A stretch of DNA of 61,735 nucleotides, counting the filler, from Collodictyon triciliatum (Eukaryota), in NCBI GenBank assembly GCA_043381765.1. It is 8 parts of 8 records of this genome, joined end to end, with 100 filler letters (N's around TTAATTAATTAA, not from the genome) between each part and the next. Parts side by side here need not be neighbours in the genome. Positions count along the whole stretch, not along the records: positions 27,709 to 34,440 come from JBHJMP010004286.1; positions 34,541 to 41,268 come from JBHJMP010004287.1; positions 41,369 to 48,094 come from JBHJMP010004288.1; 5 more parts are not named here. One strand, written 5' to 3'. Below are positions 30,701-43,280 of the stretch, in pieces (the first letter of the stretch is position 1; the number at the start of each line of letters is the position of its first letter). Both the position numbers and the translations under genes were made by a program. Under the pieces are notes generated by a model that saw only the letters and a list, made by a program, of their open reading frames with translations, was not told the DNA's origin and searched no databases.

Positions 30701-31671
30701 TGCACATATTGCGTGTATCCATTAACATTTCATCATAGATAATATTGGAATGTTATCGTTCATATATACAAAATATATGTTTATTATATATGAATGTATT
30801 AGCATCTTGACAAATTCATAACTGAAACATGCCTCCTATCTCTACTGTAACTTTGCTTTTATCCTTTAAGCACTCGACAATAGTCCGGGATGGATCTAGT
30901 ACTGTTCCATCCGGCAACACGACACCCAGCGGGACAAACTGTTGTTGGTGCAAATATCCTATTTGTTGTTATAAATTTACACAATGATTGTGCTAATTCT
31001 ATTAGTCTTGGTATTATTATGAAAATGATTGTGACTGTGACTATGACTAAGGGTGTGAGTATGGGTGTATTATTGCTATTCATTTGCAAAAGGAATAAGT
31101 TGTTAAAAATTAGACAACAGAAGCAAACACAAAACGTCAACGTATATCAAGGTGCTTGATAGGACTGAATAAAAAAAATCAGCATGAAAACAAAGCATAC
31201 CTTTCTGCATTCCATATCTTTGGCACGCCACAAATCCCAACCACCGAAGCGGCTGCTCTCCGCTGGAACACTAATTATATCAAAGATCATGCACAAGAGG
31301 TTGAGACATACGTGATCAAGTGGCTATGTTCTTATTCGACATCTACGAGAAAGACTCAACCCACAGTAAGGTAAATATTTTCTCCCCTTAATTCGATTCA
31401 ATGTGGCAGTGAGGTAAAGATAGATAAAAAAATAAAAATAAAAGGAAAGAAAAACGGAAAGACTAATGAAAAACATATGTTAAAAATAGAAAGAAAAATA
31501 AAATAAAATAAAATAAAATAAAATAAAATAAAATAAAATAAAATAAAATAAAATAAAAACAAAAACAAAACAAAACAAAAACAAAACAAAAACAAAACAA
31601 AAACAAGAAAGTACGGTTGCCTGTACCTGCATCGGAAAAACTGTGTCGCGAACGGTGACTTGCAGGAGCAT
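27798..31671 (-). CDS. Par3/HAL N-terminal-like (ubiquitin-fold) domain followed by at least six tandem SH3 domains; 3' end lost at the contig edge
   Basis: Spliced N-terminus MLLQVTVRDTVFPMQ|CSSGEQPLRWLGFVACQRYGMQK|GYLHQQQFVPLGVVLPDGTVLDPSRTIVECLKDKSKVTVEIG. SH3 units include [78 protein letters not shown] and ELSFKKGDVITVL. Confidence 0.85.
28878..28984. repeat. (AAATAAATGGA)n 11-mer minisatellite (intronic)
   Basis: Direct reading. Confidence 0.9.
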
Positions 31672-33445
31672 TTTTTAGACTAGCTGTGTTGAGGCAGAAA
31701 CGATCTTCCCAGAACTCTGGGTTAGTTAGCGCATGAATATTTGTTTTATTTGAGTGGACGCAAGAGAGGGATAAAAAACATGGACAGAAGCGAGGTTCTC
31801 GTCCCATTTGGACTCTGGACTAATCTCATATTTAGTGTCCAAAAACTTTCAGAATTCCAAAGTGTCCTTCTCATTCCCCCTCTCAAATGTGACTTTTTTA
31901 AACCTTTTTTTTCTGTTATAGTCTACTTGGGTAGGAGGCACAGAGTCTTTGTAAGGGTAGGCAATAAGCATACAACATAAAGGAATGATTACGCGTGTGA
32001 GGGCAAAGTGAGTAACATTCGACGAATAGTTTCTTTAATAGCCCTGGAGGAAAGAATGCAGTCTTATTATCACAGCCGCAGCCCAGGCGCAGAAGTTTAG
32101 CTTATGGTTTTATTATAAAAAATAAATAAAATCGACACCAACCCATAACAAAAACAGTATACCCTTTGCGAGAAGCCGAACTTTGTGCCTTTTCGCTTGA
32201 TTTTCGTTATTTTTTTTTTGTTTTTCGTTTTTACTTTTATTTTTTGTTTTTTTTCTAGGGACATCCGTGTGCCCCTCACCCNNNNNNNNNNNNNNNNNNN
32301 NNNNNNNNNNNNNNNNNNNNNNNNNNNNNNNNNNNNNNNNNNNNNNNNNNNNNNNNNNNNNNNNNNNNNNNNNNNNNNNNNNNNNNNNNNNNNNNNNNNN
32401 NNNNNNNNNNNNNNNNNNNNNNNNNNNNNNNNNNNNNNNNNNNNNNNNNNNNNNNNNNNNNNNNNNNNNNNNNNNNNNNNNNNNNNNNNNNNNNNNNNNN
32501 NNNNNNNNNNNNNNNNNNNNNNNNNNNNNNNNNNNNNNNNNNNNNNNNNNNNNNNNNNNNNNNNNNNNNNNNNNNNNNNNNNNNNNNNNNNNNNNNNNNN
32601 NNNNNNNNNNNNNNNNNNNNNNNNNNNNNNNNNNNNNNNNNNNNNNNNNNNNNNNNNNNNNNNNNNNNNNNNNNNNNNNNNNNNNNNNNNNNNNNNNNNN
32701 NNNNNNNNNNNNNNNNNNNNNNNNNNNNNNNNNNNNNNNNNNNNNNNNNNNNNNNNNNNNNNNNNNNNNNNNNNNNNNNNNNNNNNNNNNNNNNNNNNNN
32801 NNNNNNNNNNNNNNNNNNNNNNNNNNNNNNNNNNNNNNNNNNNGAGTGTCGCACTTGATGCAATTCCGAAATGAATGGTGGGTCATCTCATGAGAAACAT
32901 GTTGCGGAGTATCCTGTTGGGGCTTTGCATGCGCACGGTTCAGCCATTTATTTTCGGCTAAATGACTGGTTTATACCTTATATGAAAATGGAAATAGAGC
33001 ATACCTAATATGATCAATAATTTTGGAAAAGATAAATTATACAATATTAATACCACAATCAGAATAAAATATAATAGAGCATGATATGTTGTATATGCAC
33101 TAGAATATATGATATATATATATTATATATAATGCCCTCTGAAAAAGGTTATCAAGTTTATTCCATAAACGATCAACCCTGATTAGGCCATCACATTAGC
33201 CCCTCAAGAGTGACTTTTTGTGAGGAAATTATTAATTTTTCTCTAGAATATGACTTGTTATGTCCAGATTTTCGATTCTATGAAGGTGTTGGTTCAAACG
33301 CACACGACCAAGGAGCAGCGCACCCGGTGAACTAAGGAGCCCTTTCAAAGTTTTTTCTATTGTGCGCCGCGGCGCTCACCGCGTCCCTGTGGTAGAATGT
33401 TTCATTTCATGGAAATTCAATGGCTTAACTGACTTTAATGCGGCG

Positions 33446-34316
33446 TCAGCAATAGAAGGGACTGAGTACGGCTATACTTCGAGTAAACTATTCGATCTCC
33501 CTCCGAGGGGTGGTTGTCGAATTGGTGAAGACAAACCATTTTTTTTTTTTAAAAAAATAAATTAAGAGTGTAATCATTCCATCTTCTTACCTCTTGTGCT
33601 CGTCTTTTGTAAGCTCTCCATTCAATTTCTGGTACCTCTATTACACATAGAAAACTTAAGTCCATCCCTGAAACCACCGGGTGTAATTTTTTTTCCCTTA
33701 ACCATCGGGTATAATTTAACAATAAGTTTGATAACATGAAATATGAACAATAATCTAAATATTTTAGAGGTATATTTATCCCATCCTTTCTGTCCCTCTA
33801 TCGCAATAATCCCTGCATTACACCCGTCAAAATCTGCAAAGACAAATTCGAAGTCTTTGCGTCAGAATTTTAATTATTTATATGTAATATACGCGATAAT
33901 TATATTTCATATAATATATAAAAGTATCCATTCTTTTTACAGTAGGGTAAATCTTATAAAAATTAATAGTGCAATATTCAGGACAGGATGTCTAGAGCCA
34001 TTCTCTTATCAATTATTTCCGTGTCCGTGATTACCCTCACCTTTCAGCTTTTGATATTCAATGACACTGTAATACATAATTGATTAATGAAAAGGACCTT
34101 CCGATTCTCTTTTTTTAAGTTATGTACACATATTCATAGTATAAATCTTAAATTTCATTTAATTTATGATTCCATCATGTATGTAAATATTCAAGGTCTT
34201 TGGTATGCTTATTCATATTATTTCTACAAAAATTCGCCTCACAGGGTCGAATTTCTAGGCAAACCATTCAACACTCTACGCACTACGGCCACCATTTTTT
34301 GAATTTGGTGAATAAA
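33446..34316 (-). CDS. Probable 3' exons of an unidentified gene (5' part on another contig)
   Basis: Phase-compatible short exons ..VLNGLPRNSTL|VIEYQKLK|EVPEIEWRAYKRRAQE|FTRSIAVLSPFYC* with GT-AG boundaries. No family recognised. Confidence 0.3.
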
Positions 34317-34345
34317 CACTGTTTCGCAGTCATTATGTTTACGAA

Positions 34346-34440
34346 TGTATGTATGTATGTATGTATGTATGTATGTATGTATGTATGTATGTATGTATGT
34401 ATGTATGTATGTATGTATGTATGTATGTATGTATGTATGT
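34346..34440. repeat. (GTAT)n microsatellite at the contig end
   Basis: Direct reading. Confidence 0.95.
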
Positions 34441-34902
34441 NNNNNNNNNNNNNNNNNNNNNNNNNNNNNNNNNNNNNNNNNNNNTTAATTAATTAANNNN
34501 NNNNNNNNNNNNNNNNNNNNNNNNNNNNNNNNNNNNNNNNTAAAAAATAGAAATAAAAAATAGAAATAAAAAATAGAAATAAAAAATAGAAATAAAAAAT
34601 AGAAATAAAAAATAGAAATAAAAAATAGAAATAAAAAATGGAATAAAAATGGAATAAAAATGGAATAAAAATGGAATAAAAATGGAATAAAAATGGAATA
34701 AAAATAGAATAAAAATTAGAATAAAATAAAATAAAAATAAAAATGAAAACAAAACAATATAAGAGCGAGAATGAAAAGATTTAAAAGTGTTTATAATTAT
34801 CAATAAGCTAGGAATTCGTGTGACTTGTTATTCGAATACGTTTGATTAAAGAAATATATCGAATGTGATAGGTGAAAAAGAAATCAAGGCTTAGCAACTT
34901 AC

Positions 34903-37900
34903 TCGTAGGAAATGACGCGCGGACCCGACCTCGTTCCAGACCAGAGAATAAAAGGTAAATACGAACAGGGGATTTGCACAATCTACGAGAAATGTTGAGA
35001 AATAAATATCAGTTCTGGCAAGGCGAACTGATTAATCTGAAAAAAAAATCTTGAAGTACATTAGCGTGTCGTGGGTCGTTTCGGCCAATCCTTTTTCCAG
35101 ACCCACCTTCGTCGAATCCAAAAAAATATCATCAAAAGTTAAAATGCACATAAAATAAAATAAAATTGTAAATTCTTCATGTGCGCCATGTTTTATCGTC
35201 GAAGAATTAGAATCCGCAATATTCATTTTGCAAATACATATAAATCAGAAAGGAATGCATTTATAAAAAAATAATAATTTAGAGACCTCCTATCACACCA
35301 GCATAGGCCGTATTCCCACTATTTCCTCGCAATATGGACTGTTCGATATCGATGAGGGAATAAAGTTGGCCTTCAATTATGTAAGTGGCTTGCTTGTAAA
35401 AGCTTATTCGTCGAAGTCCTGTGGGAGAGGCAGGGACTTCCACAAATCCGTGCAATGACAAGGTATTATATACATTTATAAAAAAGCATAGTCTCTCTTT
35501 TTCCGACAGATAGGCTAAGTTAACCTGTACAGGAATTTTGAAGTATTCTTTAACACAAATAAAAAAATAATAACATCGAAACAAATGTTCCAAATGCTGT
35601 CCCACATGTTCATAATCTCAGTTATGTAAAATGGAAGAAAAATTAAATTAAAACTTTTTGCAACGCAGACGTGGCCAGTGAGAATTCTCGGTAAGCTGGA
35701 GAGCTTCTTATAGCAATCAAAAAATGATCTGTTGCATCTCCGTATGTCATAGTATAGCTGTGTAGGTTGGAAACGATAACTTCAATAATACATATTTTTA
35801 TAGAACCTTGGTGGGTAGCAGATATATTCCGATTTTTATGATTTATCACAGCCAGAACTAACCTGTTATACAAGTTGATAATCTGTTCAAGTAGGTTGCC
35901 GACAACCTTTGGTAAATGTGTGCTTTTTAGCGAACAAAATATTCTTTTTTCTTTAATCCGATTCAAAGCAATCTTAGCTCACAACTAATAGTAAATGAGA
36001 ACATGGAGAAAACGGCGATATATTCGGTGTTAGAATGGTTTTTCAAACAGTGGTCAAACTTAACGAATTTCAAACCTCCAAAGGGTCACCAGGACTGCTT
36101 TTCCAGATTATCTTGTTATTAAGTCCCTTTTTTGGCTCATCATCCTTTTAAGAAAATTTTTGGGATGTTTTTTTTTTTAATTTTTGTTACTGATATGTGT
36201 TGAAGAACAAAGAGTAGGTAAATAGGTGATAGTTGAGATATTGGGCAAAAGGCGAGAATACTGACAGAAAACCGGAACAAAGTATCATCATCACGAAACA
36301 TAGTGGGATGATTATCCACATTACTGAAAACTCCATACTCTAGCAGTTTGGCCCTATATTTTTTTAAATACAAAATGAATGAATTTAATAATATTGTTTC
36401 TTGAATCCGATGGAGGACAAAAAAATAAAATAAAAAAAGGCAAGGAAGCAAAGAAGCAAAGAAGCAAAGAAGCAAAGAAGCAAAGAAGCAAAGAAGCAAA
36501 GAAGCAAAGAAGCAAAGAAGCAAAGAAGCAAAGAAGCAAAGAAGCAAAGAAAAAAAAGAAAGAAGCATATTATCCCATAATATTGAAATATTTCTTCATC
36601 AACAAACCCAAGCTCTATTGCTGCACCTCTTCGTAGATTGCTTTCAATAGATGCAAAGTGGCTAAGATTTACAATCAACCAATCAACGACTTCGGAACCT
36701 ACGTCAGTCATATATGCATAGCTTAACATACTTCATACAAGAAGAAACATGAATAATATAACGAGATATACAAAGACGTCGATAGAGTCTAATGCGATTA
36801 TTTTTTATATACTTACCAGGGAAACACTTGTGGTGCGACTTTGGAAATAATATCAGCTGTTTTCCAGGGTGAGATTTTGGATTGATGCCTGTTTAGAGAA
36901 ATATAAAAAATTAGTCAGCGATCGGCTTGAGTAATGTGCGTATTTTTTCTTAAATATTTTTATCAGTATTTTCTGAGGAGCTAAAGCAAACAAGTTGGAG
37001 ACGCTTTCATTCCATGGATGACAGATTGGAGAACTGTTGAATTTCCAAGTGTGTGAAAAAAGTGCACCAAATTTAGATTGCATTACTGAGAATAAAATGT
37101 CTTGATTTTTTTGGGGAAGCTTTACTGGTCAGTATCAAAAAATCAAGTTAAACACATTCTCGATAAACCTGACAAATCTGTAATGTCTGGGGGTCCGGAA
37201 AAAACTTTCCGAAGCCTTGTTAGTTTGTCCCTAGTGAGGAAAAGAAGTTAGTATCTTATCAAAAAAAAATAGAAAGAGAAAAGAAGGTTCACTGAAGCAA
37301 ATAAATGGCAACGTAGAAGAGACCACGTGCAGCTATTTAAACTCATACTTTGATATCCTCAACAATTTGTGAGAATTTAATGCTTCAATCAGAACTATCA
37401 AGTGTGGCGTCAGCTATATTTTACGAAGATAGATATCAACGAGCTATTCATTGTTAAAATAATTCATAGGATAATTTTTTATAATCATAATCATAATCAT
37501 AATCATAATCATAATCATAATCATAATCATAATAAACATAATCATAATAATCATAATCATAATAATCATAATCATAATAATCATAATCATAAAGCACTTA
37601 CCTTAATAAGTTTCTCATAATTCTCCTGAACTTCGATACAAAGACTTTTTACATGGGCTGTTTTATTTGTTTCTACGGGTAGTGATTGTTTCAGCCACTT
37701 GTCCAATTCCCGACATTCTACATACTAAAAAAGAAAATTGGGTGTAGAGAAAAACATCATTATAAAGGTTTCATTAAATTCCTTCAGCTTTCGTTAACAA
37801 TAGACCAAAAATTATATTGAATATGTACTAATACATAGAATAATGCAACATCAATCAAAATGTTCCAAATTCCAAACAAAAATACAGCTTACAGGGTTGC

Positions 37901-40470
37901 TTGGGATGAGTCCCCGAAGTATGGCACCTTGTTTTCTAGTTGGTGGATGATACGTCAATTTTTAATTAAAAATCCTCTCTCTCTCTTTTTTTAATGTAGA
38001 TGTGAAAGTGTTGAGAGATTGAAGCTGCATACAATACAATCTCATTAAGCTGAACCCAAGGCCACGTGGTGAATTCCTGTCCTAAATTGGTGCATGATAG
38101 GGATATAACCAAGAGAGTGAATTCTTTATGTCAATTCCTTTTGATGAAGGAAGATTGCTAAGGAGGTGATTTTTCATGGCATAGTTAATACCTCTGGATA
38201 TTTGAACAATTGTATTCGCCAAAAAGCTAAGTGATTGGGCCTGCGCTGCGGTAGGTGCCTCTGAATAAAAGTAAATGGCAGTAACTTTATGAGTATGCAA
38301 AGAGTCTGGTTTCATAAACATTGATTTTTAAAAACAACCACATTAAAAAAAAATTGCCATTGATTTTGGATAAAAGTGTAAATCGAAATGTGTAAATAGT
38401 GTAATAAAATAACCTAGAGAAAGGCCATATACATGGGGATTAAGGATGGCAGGGATAATCAGCGCATTAATGGTCAATACAATCCCAGCATCCTGTACGT
38501 CGAAATTAATAAATTCGAACTCTGTATTATGACAACCTCTTTGTAATTTTCTACATAAACAGGAAAGAAAATGAAAGGCTTTTTTTTTTTTTTTACAATG
38601 GCAGCTTCCTCGTCGAACTTGATTTTGAATCGCTCTTGTGTAGCAACAAAGGCCGCTTGACACGACCTTTATCGCAAATGATAGTTGGTAAGGTTTACAA
38701 ATCAATGATTCCATAATCAATAGGATACAATCAGCGTCCTTACGGAGAAAGCCCCATGATAGCTTGATGTAACCGCTGTAGGATATCTGTAATTGCGTTT
38801 GATATGTTTGCTATTTGAAGGTCATCTTTGGTTTCCGCCTTTGGATGTGATTGAAGCTTTTGTGTTTATTGGTGTCATGAAACATGAGAAAGCCTTCATT
38901 TAGTATTATACGAGAAGAAAAATGCAATATTCAAAAAAATTCATAAAATTCTTACATTAAAGAATATGTATATATATACTATGAGTCATGAAACACACAC
39001 AAGATTAGGATAGGAGAAAAGGAAGAAGAACTATCGGTGGTAGAACCTGATATGAGAGTGGCCGGTTCATGACGTATTTCATTATATCGAGTAGCAGTGA
39101 TGGCAGAAAATGAAATGAAAAGAACCGATGAAAGGCATACATAAGCTTACAGACATTCGAGGTGGGGTAAAGCAAAGCAATTTTTGAATCTATTAGCAGA
39201 AATATTATGGGAGTGAGAATTGCATTCTTTGATTGTTGATCCAGAATGTTAACTAGAAATCACAGAAAATGCAGCCATTTCGTAGTAAAATTGTGTTGCA
39301 AATCAAAAGAGAATGTGTTGGAAAAGAAAGAAAGAAAGAAAAGAACGTGCACACTAATAATACTCAAGATGGCTCTGGTCTTACCCAAATCTGAGGAAAA
39401 TAGGGCCAACTCCTTATCGAGTAACTCACAATAGAGCTCATATGCATGGCCTTGCGTAGAGCAGAGCGCGAAGGAGTCAAACAAGATATCTGTGACTTTC
39501 CATGGCTCTGCTATCTGGATAAGTGCATGTAGAAGCACTGTTGAAAGCAACCCCTGACACATAGCAGACAATATCTGTTAATATACATTCTTTTCATCGT
39601 TATGAATACCAAATCGGCAGAAAGGAAATTTGCCAGAGGACAACTGCAATTTAAAATATATGGGTAGACTATCATACTTATACATGGATGCGATAATTGT
39701 AACAATAGCAATCAACAAACAACAAACAACAAACAACAAACAACAAACAACAAACAACAAACAACAAACAACAAACAACAAACAACAAACAACAAACAAT
39801 AAACAACAAAAATCAAAAATCAAAAATCAAAAATCAATAATCAACAATTAACAAAAATCAACGAAAATCAACAAAATCGACAAAAATCAACAATCAACAA
39901 TCAACAATCAACAATCAACAATCAACAATCAACAATCAACAATCAACAATCAACAATCAACAATCAACAATCAACAATCAACAATCAACAACCAACCTCG
40001 TGCATCGCATCTGAAGGCGACTGGGCCGACGCAACATCCCCACTGCCCCAACATAGAATCTCCTCCACAGCCGAGACAACCGCAGCCGAATCTGCCTGCA
40101 ACTTTGCCTGCGACTCAGCGCTCTGCCCGGACAACGCCGCGGCCCCGACAAGGAGCGGCTGAGTAGCCTCGGGCCGTACAAGCGGCTCGTCCAAAGGCGG
40201 GTTTGGGCGGTCGAAGCGCCGACCCAGAAACCAGGCGAGTTCCTCCTCTTCGTCTTCGTCTTCGTTTTCGTTTTCGCCTTCGTTTTCGTCTTCGCCTTCG
40301 CCGCGGTCGCTGCCGTAGTTGGAGGCGCAGCCGTTGGAGCCGCTCCGGGCGCTGGCGAAGGATCGCGGCCGCTGCGGCGAAGCTTTGCGGGGCGTCGACA
40401 AATCCGCGGCGTTTGCGCGCGATGGCTTCGGCAGAGGCTGCGCTGTGCTCGTGGGTCTGCCGCTCTGCAT
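34903..40470 (-). CDS. Degenerate RasGAP-like domain + DEP domain + DUF547 domain protein; 3' end lost at the contig edge
   Basis: RasGAP-like segments ELLDKELALFSSD, ILTPIIFLLIDS, NISNAITDILQRL, LIIPAILNPHVYGL and QSLSFLANTIVQISRG. DEP KCFPGSEVVDWL..RRGAAIELG..LLEYGVFSNV..FRDDDTLFRF. DUF547 LSEKERLCFFINVYNTLSLHG..YIIEGQLYSLIDIEQSILRGN. Confidence 0.78.
36445..36550. repeat. (GAAGCAAA)n minisatellite (intronic)
   Basis: Direct reading. Confidence 0.95.
39710..39992. repeat. (AACAACA)n grading into (AACAATC)n heptamer arrays (first intron)
   Basis: Direct reading. Confidence 0.9.
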
Positions 40471-41195
40471 CGTCCGCTCCTCGAGTGCTGCGCGCGTGAT
40501 TCCTTTGATCGGCTTGTTTTGCCTTGTGGGTGTTTTTTTTTTTATATATATGTTTGTATGTTATTTCTTTTTTCATCTCGTTTTTGTTTTTTGGTTTGTT
40601 TTTCTTATTTCTGTTTGTTTTTGTTTTTCTCTTTTTTGTTTTTGTTTTTCTCTTTTTTTTCTTTCTGTTTTTTGTTTTTATGTGTTATTTCTGTTTGTTT
40701 TTTCTTTTCTTAAAGTTTTGTTTTTGTTTTTAGGTTTTATGTCATCTCTTATGCCTATACATTTTGGTTTTTATTTTTTGAGTGTCAGGATAATTCGCGT
40801 GCTTCCTCGAAAACTGCCGCAAACGAAAACACAGTGTTGTTCGCAAAGATCAGCGCGCGATTCAGTGAGGATAAAGGCCTTTTGGTTCGAGTTGGGTGGC
40901 AGAGACGCGGCTGCAAAGAGTTGATGATAAGACACAATGCCGCAGAGTATGCAAAGTATCTCCGACTTGGGCGTCGGTTGGAATACGAGAGAAGAGAAGA
41001 GAAAGAAAGAAAGAAACAAACGCGGGTTTCATGCGAGAAGGCGCCCGGTGATGTCGAAAGTGTCTTTGTCCCAATGTGAAAAAGTGGGTCAGCAGGTGAA
41101 GAAGAGGCGCACGCCACAAGTTGTGCGTGTTGGCGTATTAAAAATCTCGAATATCGTGCTTATTATTTGCAAGGTGCAAGAATAAAATTATGATT

Positions 41196-41268
<73 letters not shown>

Positions 41269-41425
41269 NNNNNNNNNNNNNNNNNNNNNNNNNNNNNNNN
41301 NNNNNNNNNNNNTTAATTAATTAANNNNNNNNNNNNNNNNNNNNNNNNNNNNNNNNNNNNNNNNNNNNAGGAGTAAAAAAAAAAAAAAAAAAAAGAGGGG
41401 TTCACGGAATGAATGCCACGCAAAC

Positions 41426-43083
41426 CTTAGCAAGGAGATAACGAGGACTCTCCTTTGCCCACACGACTACCATGATGATACACGATAATGTTGGAATAAC
41501 ACAAGAAACTACAAACCATCTCCAATTCAGCACAGGTAGCACAATCTTTCCAGATGGACAAGGAAAAATATCATCAATAATTTGTTATTGCTCATCCTTT
41601 GACATAGAAATAACGTGCAAGGTCGTTATAAAGGTGCAAATTAGCTATGTTGATATATTTTGTAATAATATGGTAAGTTTTCAAGACTTTTTTTTTTGGT
41701 ATCTTGATACGTAAAATGAGGGCTATGAAATCATTTTCATTTCGAAACAATATCATTTTTGTAGACCAAACGATGACTTAATATGAACGAAATAATACTA
41801 AGAGTCCTAAATATTAATTACCCAGGCCATCGATGCAGTAAGAACGTTTCCGATCGTCCAAAAAGATGCCAAAATAACTATAAAGAATCCCCTAGACTCC
41901 ATGGGTAGAAATTCAGAGTAATAAGCGAATGCAACTGGATACGATCCACCTACACCTACCCCGGAGAGGAACCGAAATGCAATCTATCAAGCATAAATAA
42001 GTTGCAGAATTTAACTTAATTGCCAGCATTTTGAAGCCAAAATAATTTTCTTTGTTAATTGCTTCTTTGTCTCATTTGGTGATAATTTTATTAGTGCAAC
42101 ACATCACCATTTGGTCAACTGATGTGGTGAGTGCTGATAGAATCGAAAAGACCGCTTCAATAACCAGAGTAATAATCAATACAGGCTTTCTCCCATACTT
42201 ATCAGCAAATGCGCTAAATATCGCTGCTCCAAACATCATCCCCAAAAATATACACGAGGAGAGTGCCTGTAAAACCACAAAAATAAAAAAAATTTGTGAG
42301 CGATTGTCCTTACATTACGAGAATTAGTTTTAAAAATTATAATATAACGATGAAATAATTAGATAACATTATTTGGTTTTTTTTCTCATCGGAACAAAAA
42401 GGTATCAAATCCAAAATGTAACCCCTTTTTTGTAAGACGATAGATTCCACTCAGCCTCAAGATCCGGTATGATAAATGAAACTGTCAACAAATTGATGGC
42501 GTCGATGGCATTCCCCCATCTTTTAGCACAATCAGTGATTATTAAAATAGGGGAAATAATCATGATCGAAGAACTAAAAAGAAAGAAAATACGTGCATGA
42601 AAATTATATGTGTGTGGCTGATGCATAAAACACTATTACCCCATCACAGCTACCAGTTGATAATGGAAGCGACCAATGCCAATATCACTCATCACACGAT
42701 CATAAATCTGAAATCCGTCTTCATCGAGGCCAATCTCGCTTAATTTAATTTTTGGTTTATGGTTGATATGTATTTTTGTTTCATCGCAGTTTATTGATGG
42801 GGTTTTTTGGGTTTTTTTGGTTTTTTTTTTGGGTTTTTTTGTTTGGAACCAGCATAATTCCAATAATTGTATTTTCTTTTTCTTTCTCTGACCCAGAATC
42901 GCCAATGCACAATAGAAATATCCATGGAATAAAAGTCTTGACAAAAAAAAACCCCCCCACCAGAAAGATTACGTTAAGCTATTGCGTCCTGTTCTTTAAT
43001 TTATATATATAATAAAAAAAAATACAACCAGGATCACACGAAGAAAAAGTAAAACAAGAGAGAATAAAGGATGAAAAAAAAGT

Positions 43084-43143
<60 letters not shown>

Positions 43144-43280
43144 GGAAACCTTTCTGGAAGCATCCGAGCAATCTCATCGGCAGATCCCATCCGAATGTCC
43201 TTGTGAATCTTGAGTTCGAACGCATCTCTTCTTGGTGAGTCACTCTCTGCTTTTTGCGTCGAACGGTGCATCATCGGCAT
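41426..43280 (-). CDS. MFS transporter, SV2/SVOP-like (N-terminal half; remainder lost at the contig edge)
   Basis: IGIGRFHYQL, LGMMFGAAIFSAFADKYGRKP (MFS motif A), FRFLSGVGVGG, YYSEFLPMESRG, FWTIG, NWRWF and ESPRYLL. Confidence 0.92.

Noticed and set aside
33142-33245. U11 snRNA-like pattern (AAAAAGG...TCAAGAG...AATTTTTT)
   Set aside because: The closing stem is absent, TCAAGAG is not in a loop, the Sm site lacks the terminal G, and I found no U12-type intron.
33360-33465. HDV-like or twister ribozyme, telomerase RNA or SECIS as a specific identity
   Set aside because: Only the outer pseudoknot topology fits. No P3/P1.1 core, telomeric template or canonical AUGA-AA-GA spacing was found.
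33446-34903. Joining the 33.4-34.3 kb exons to the DUF547 gene as its C-terminus
   Set aside because: Strand and character fit loosely, but a spacer at 34485 separates them, so there is no evidence of linkage.
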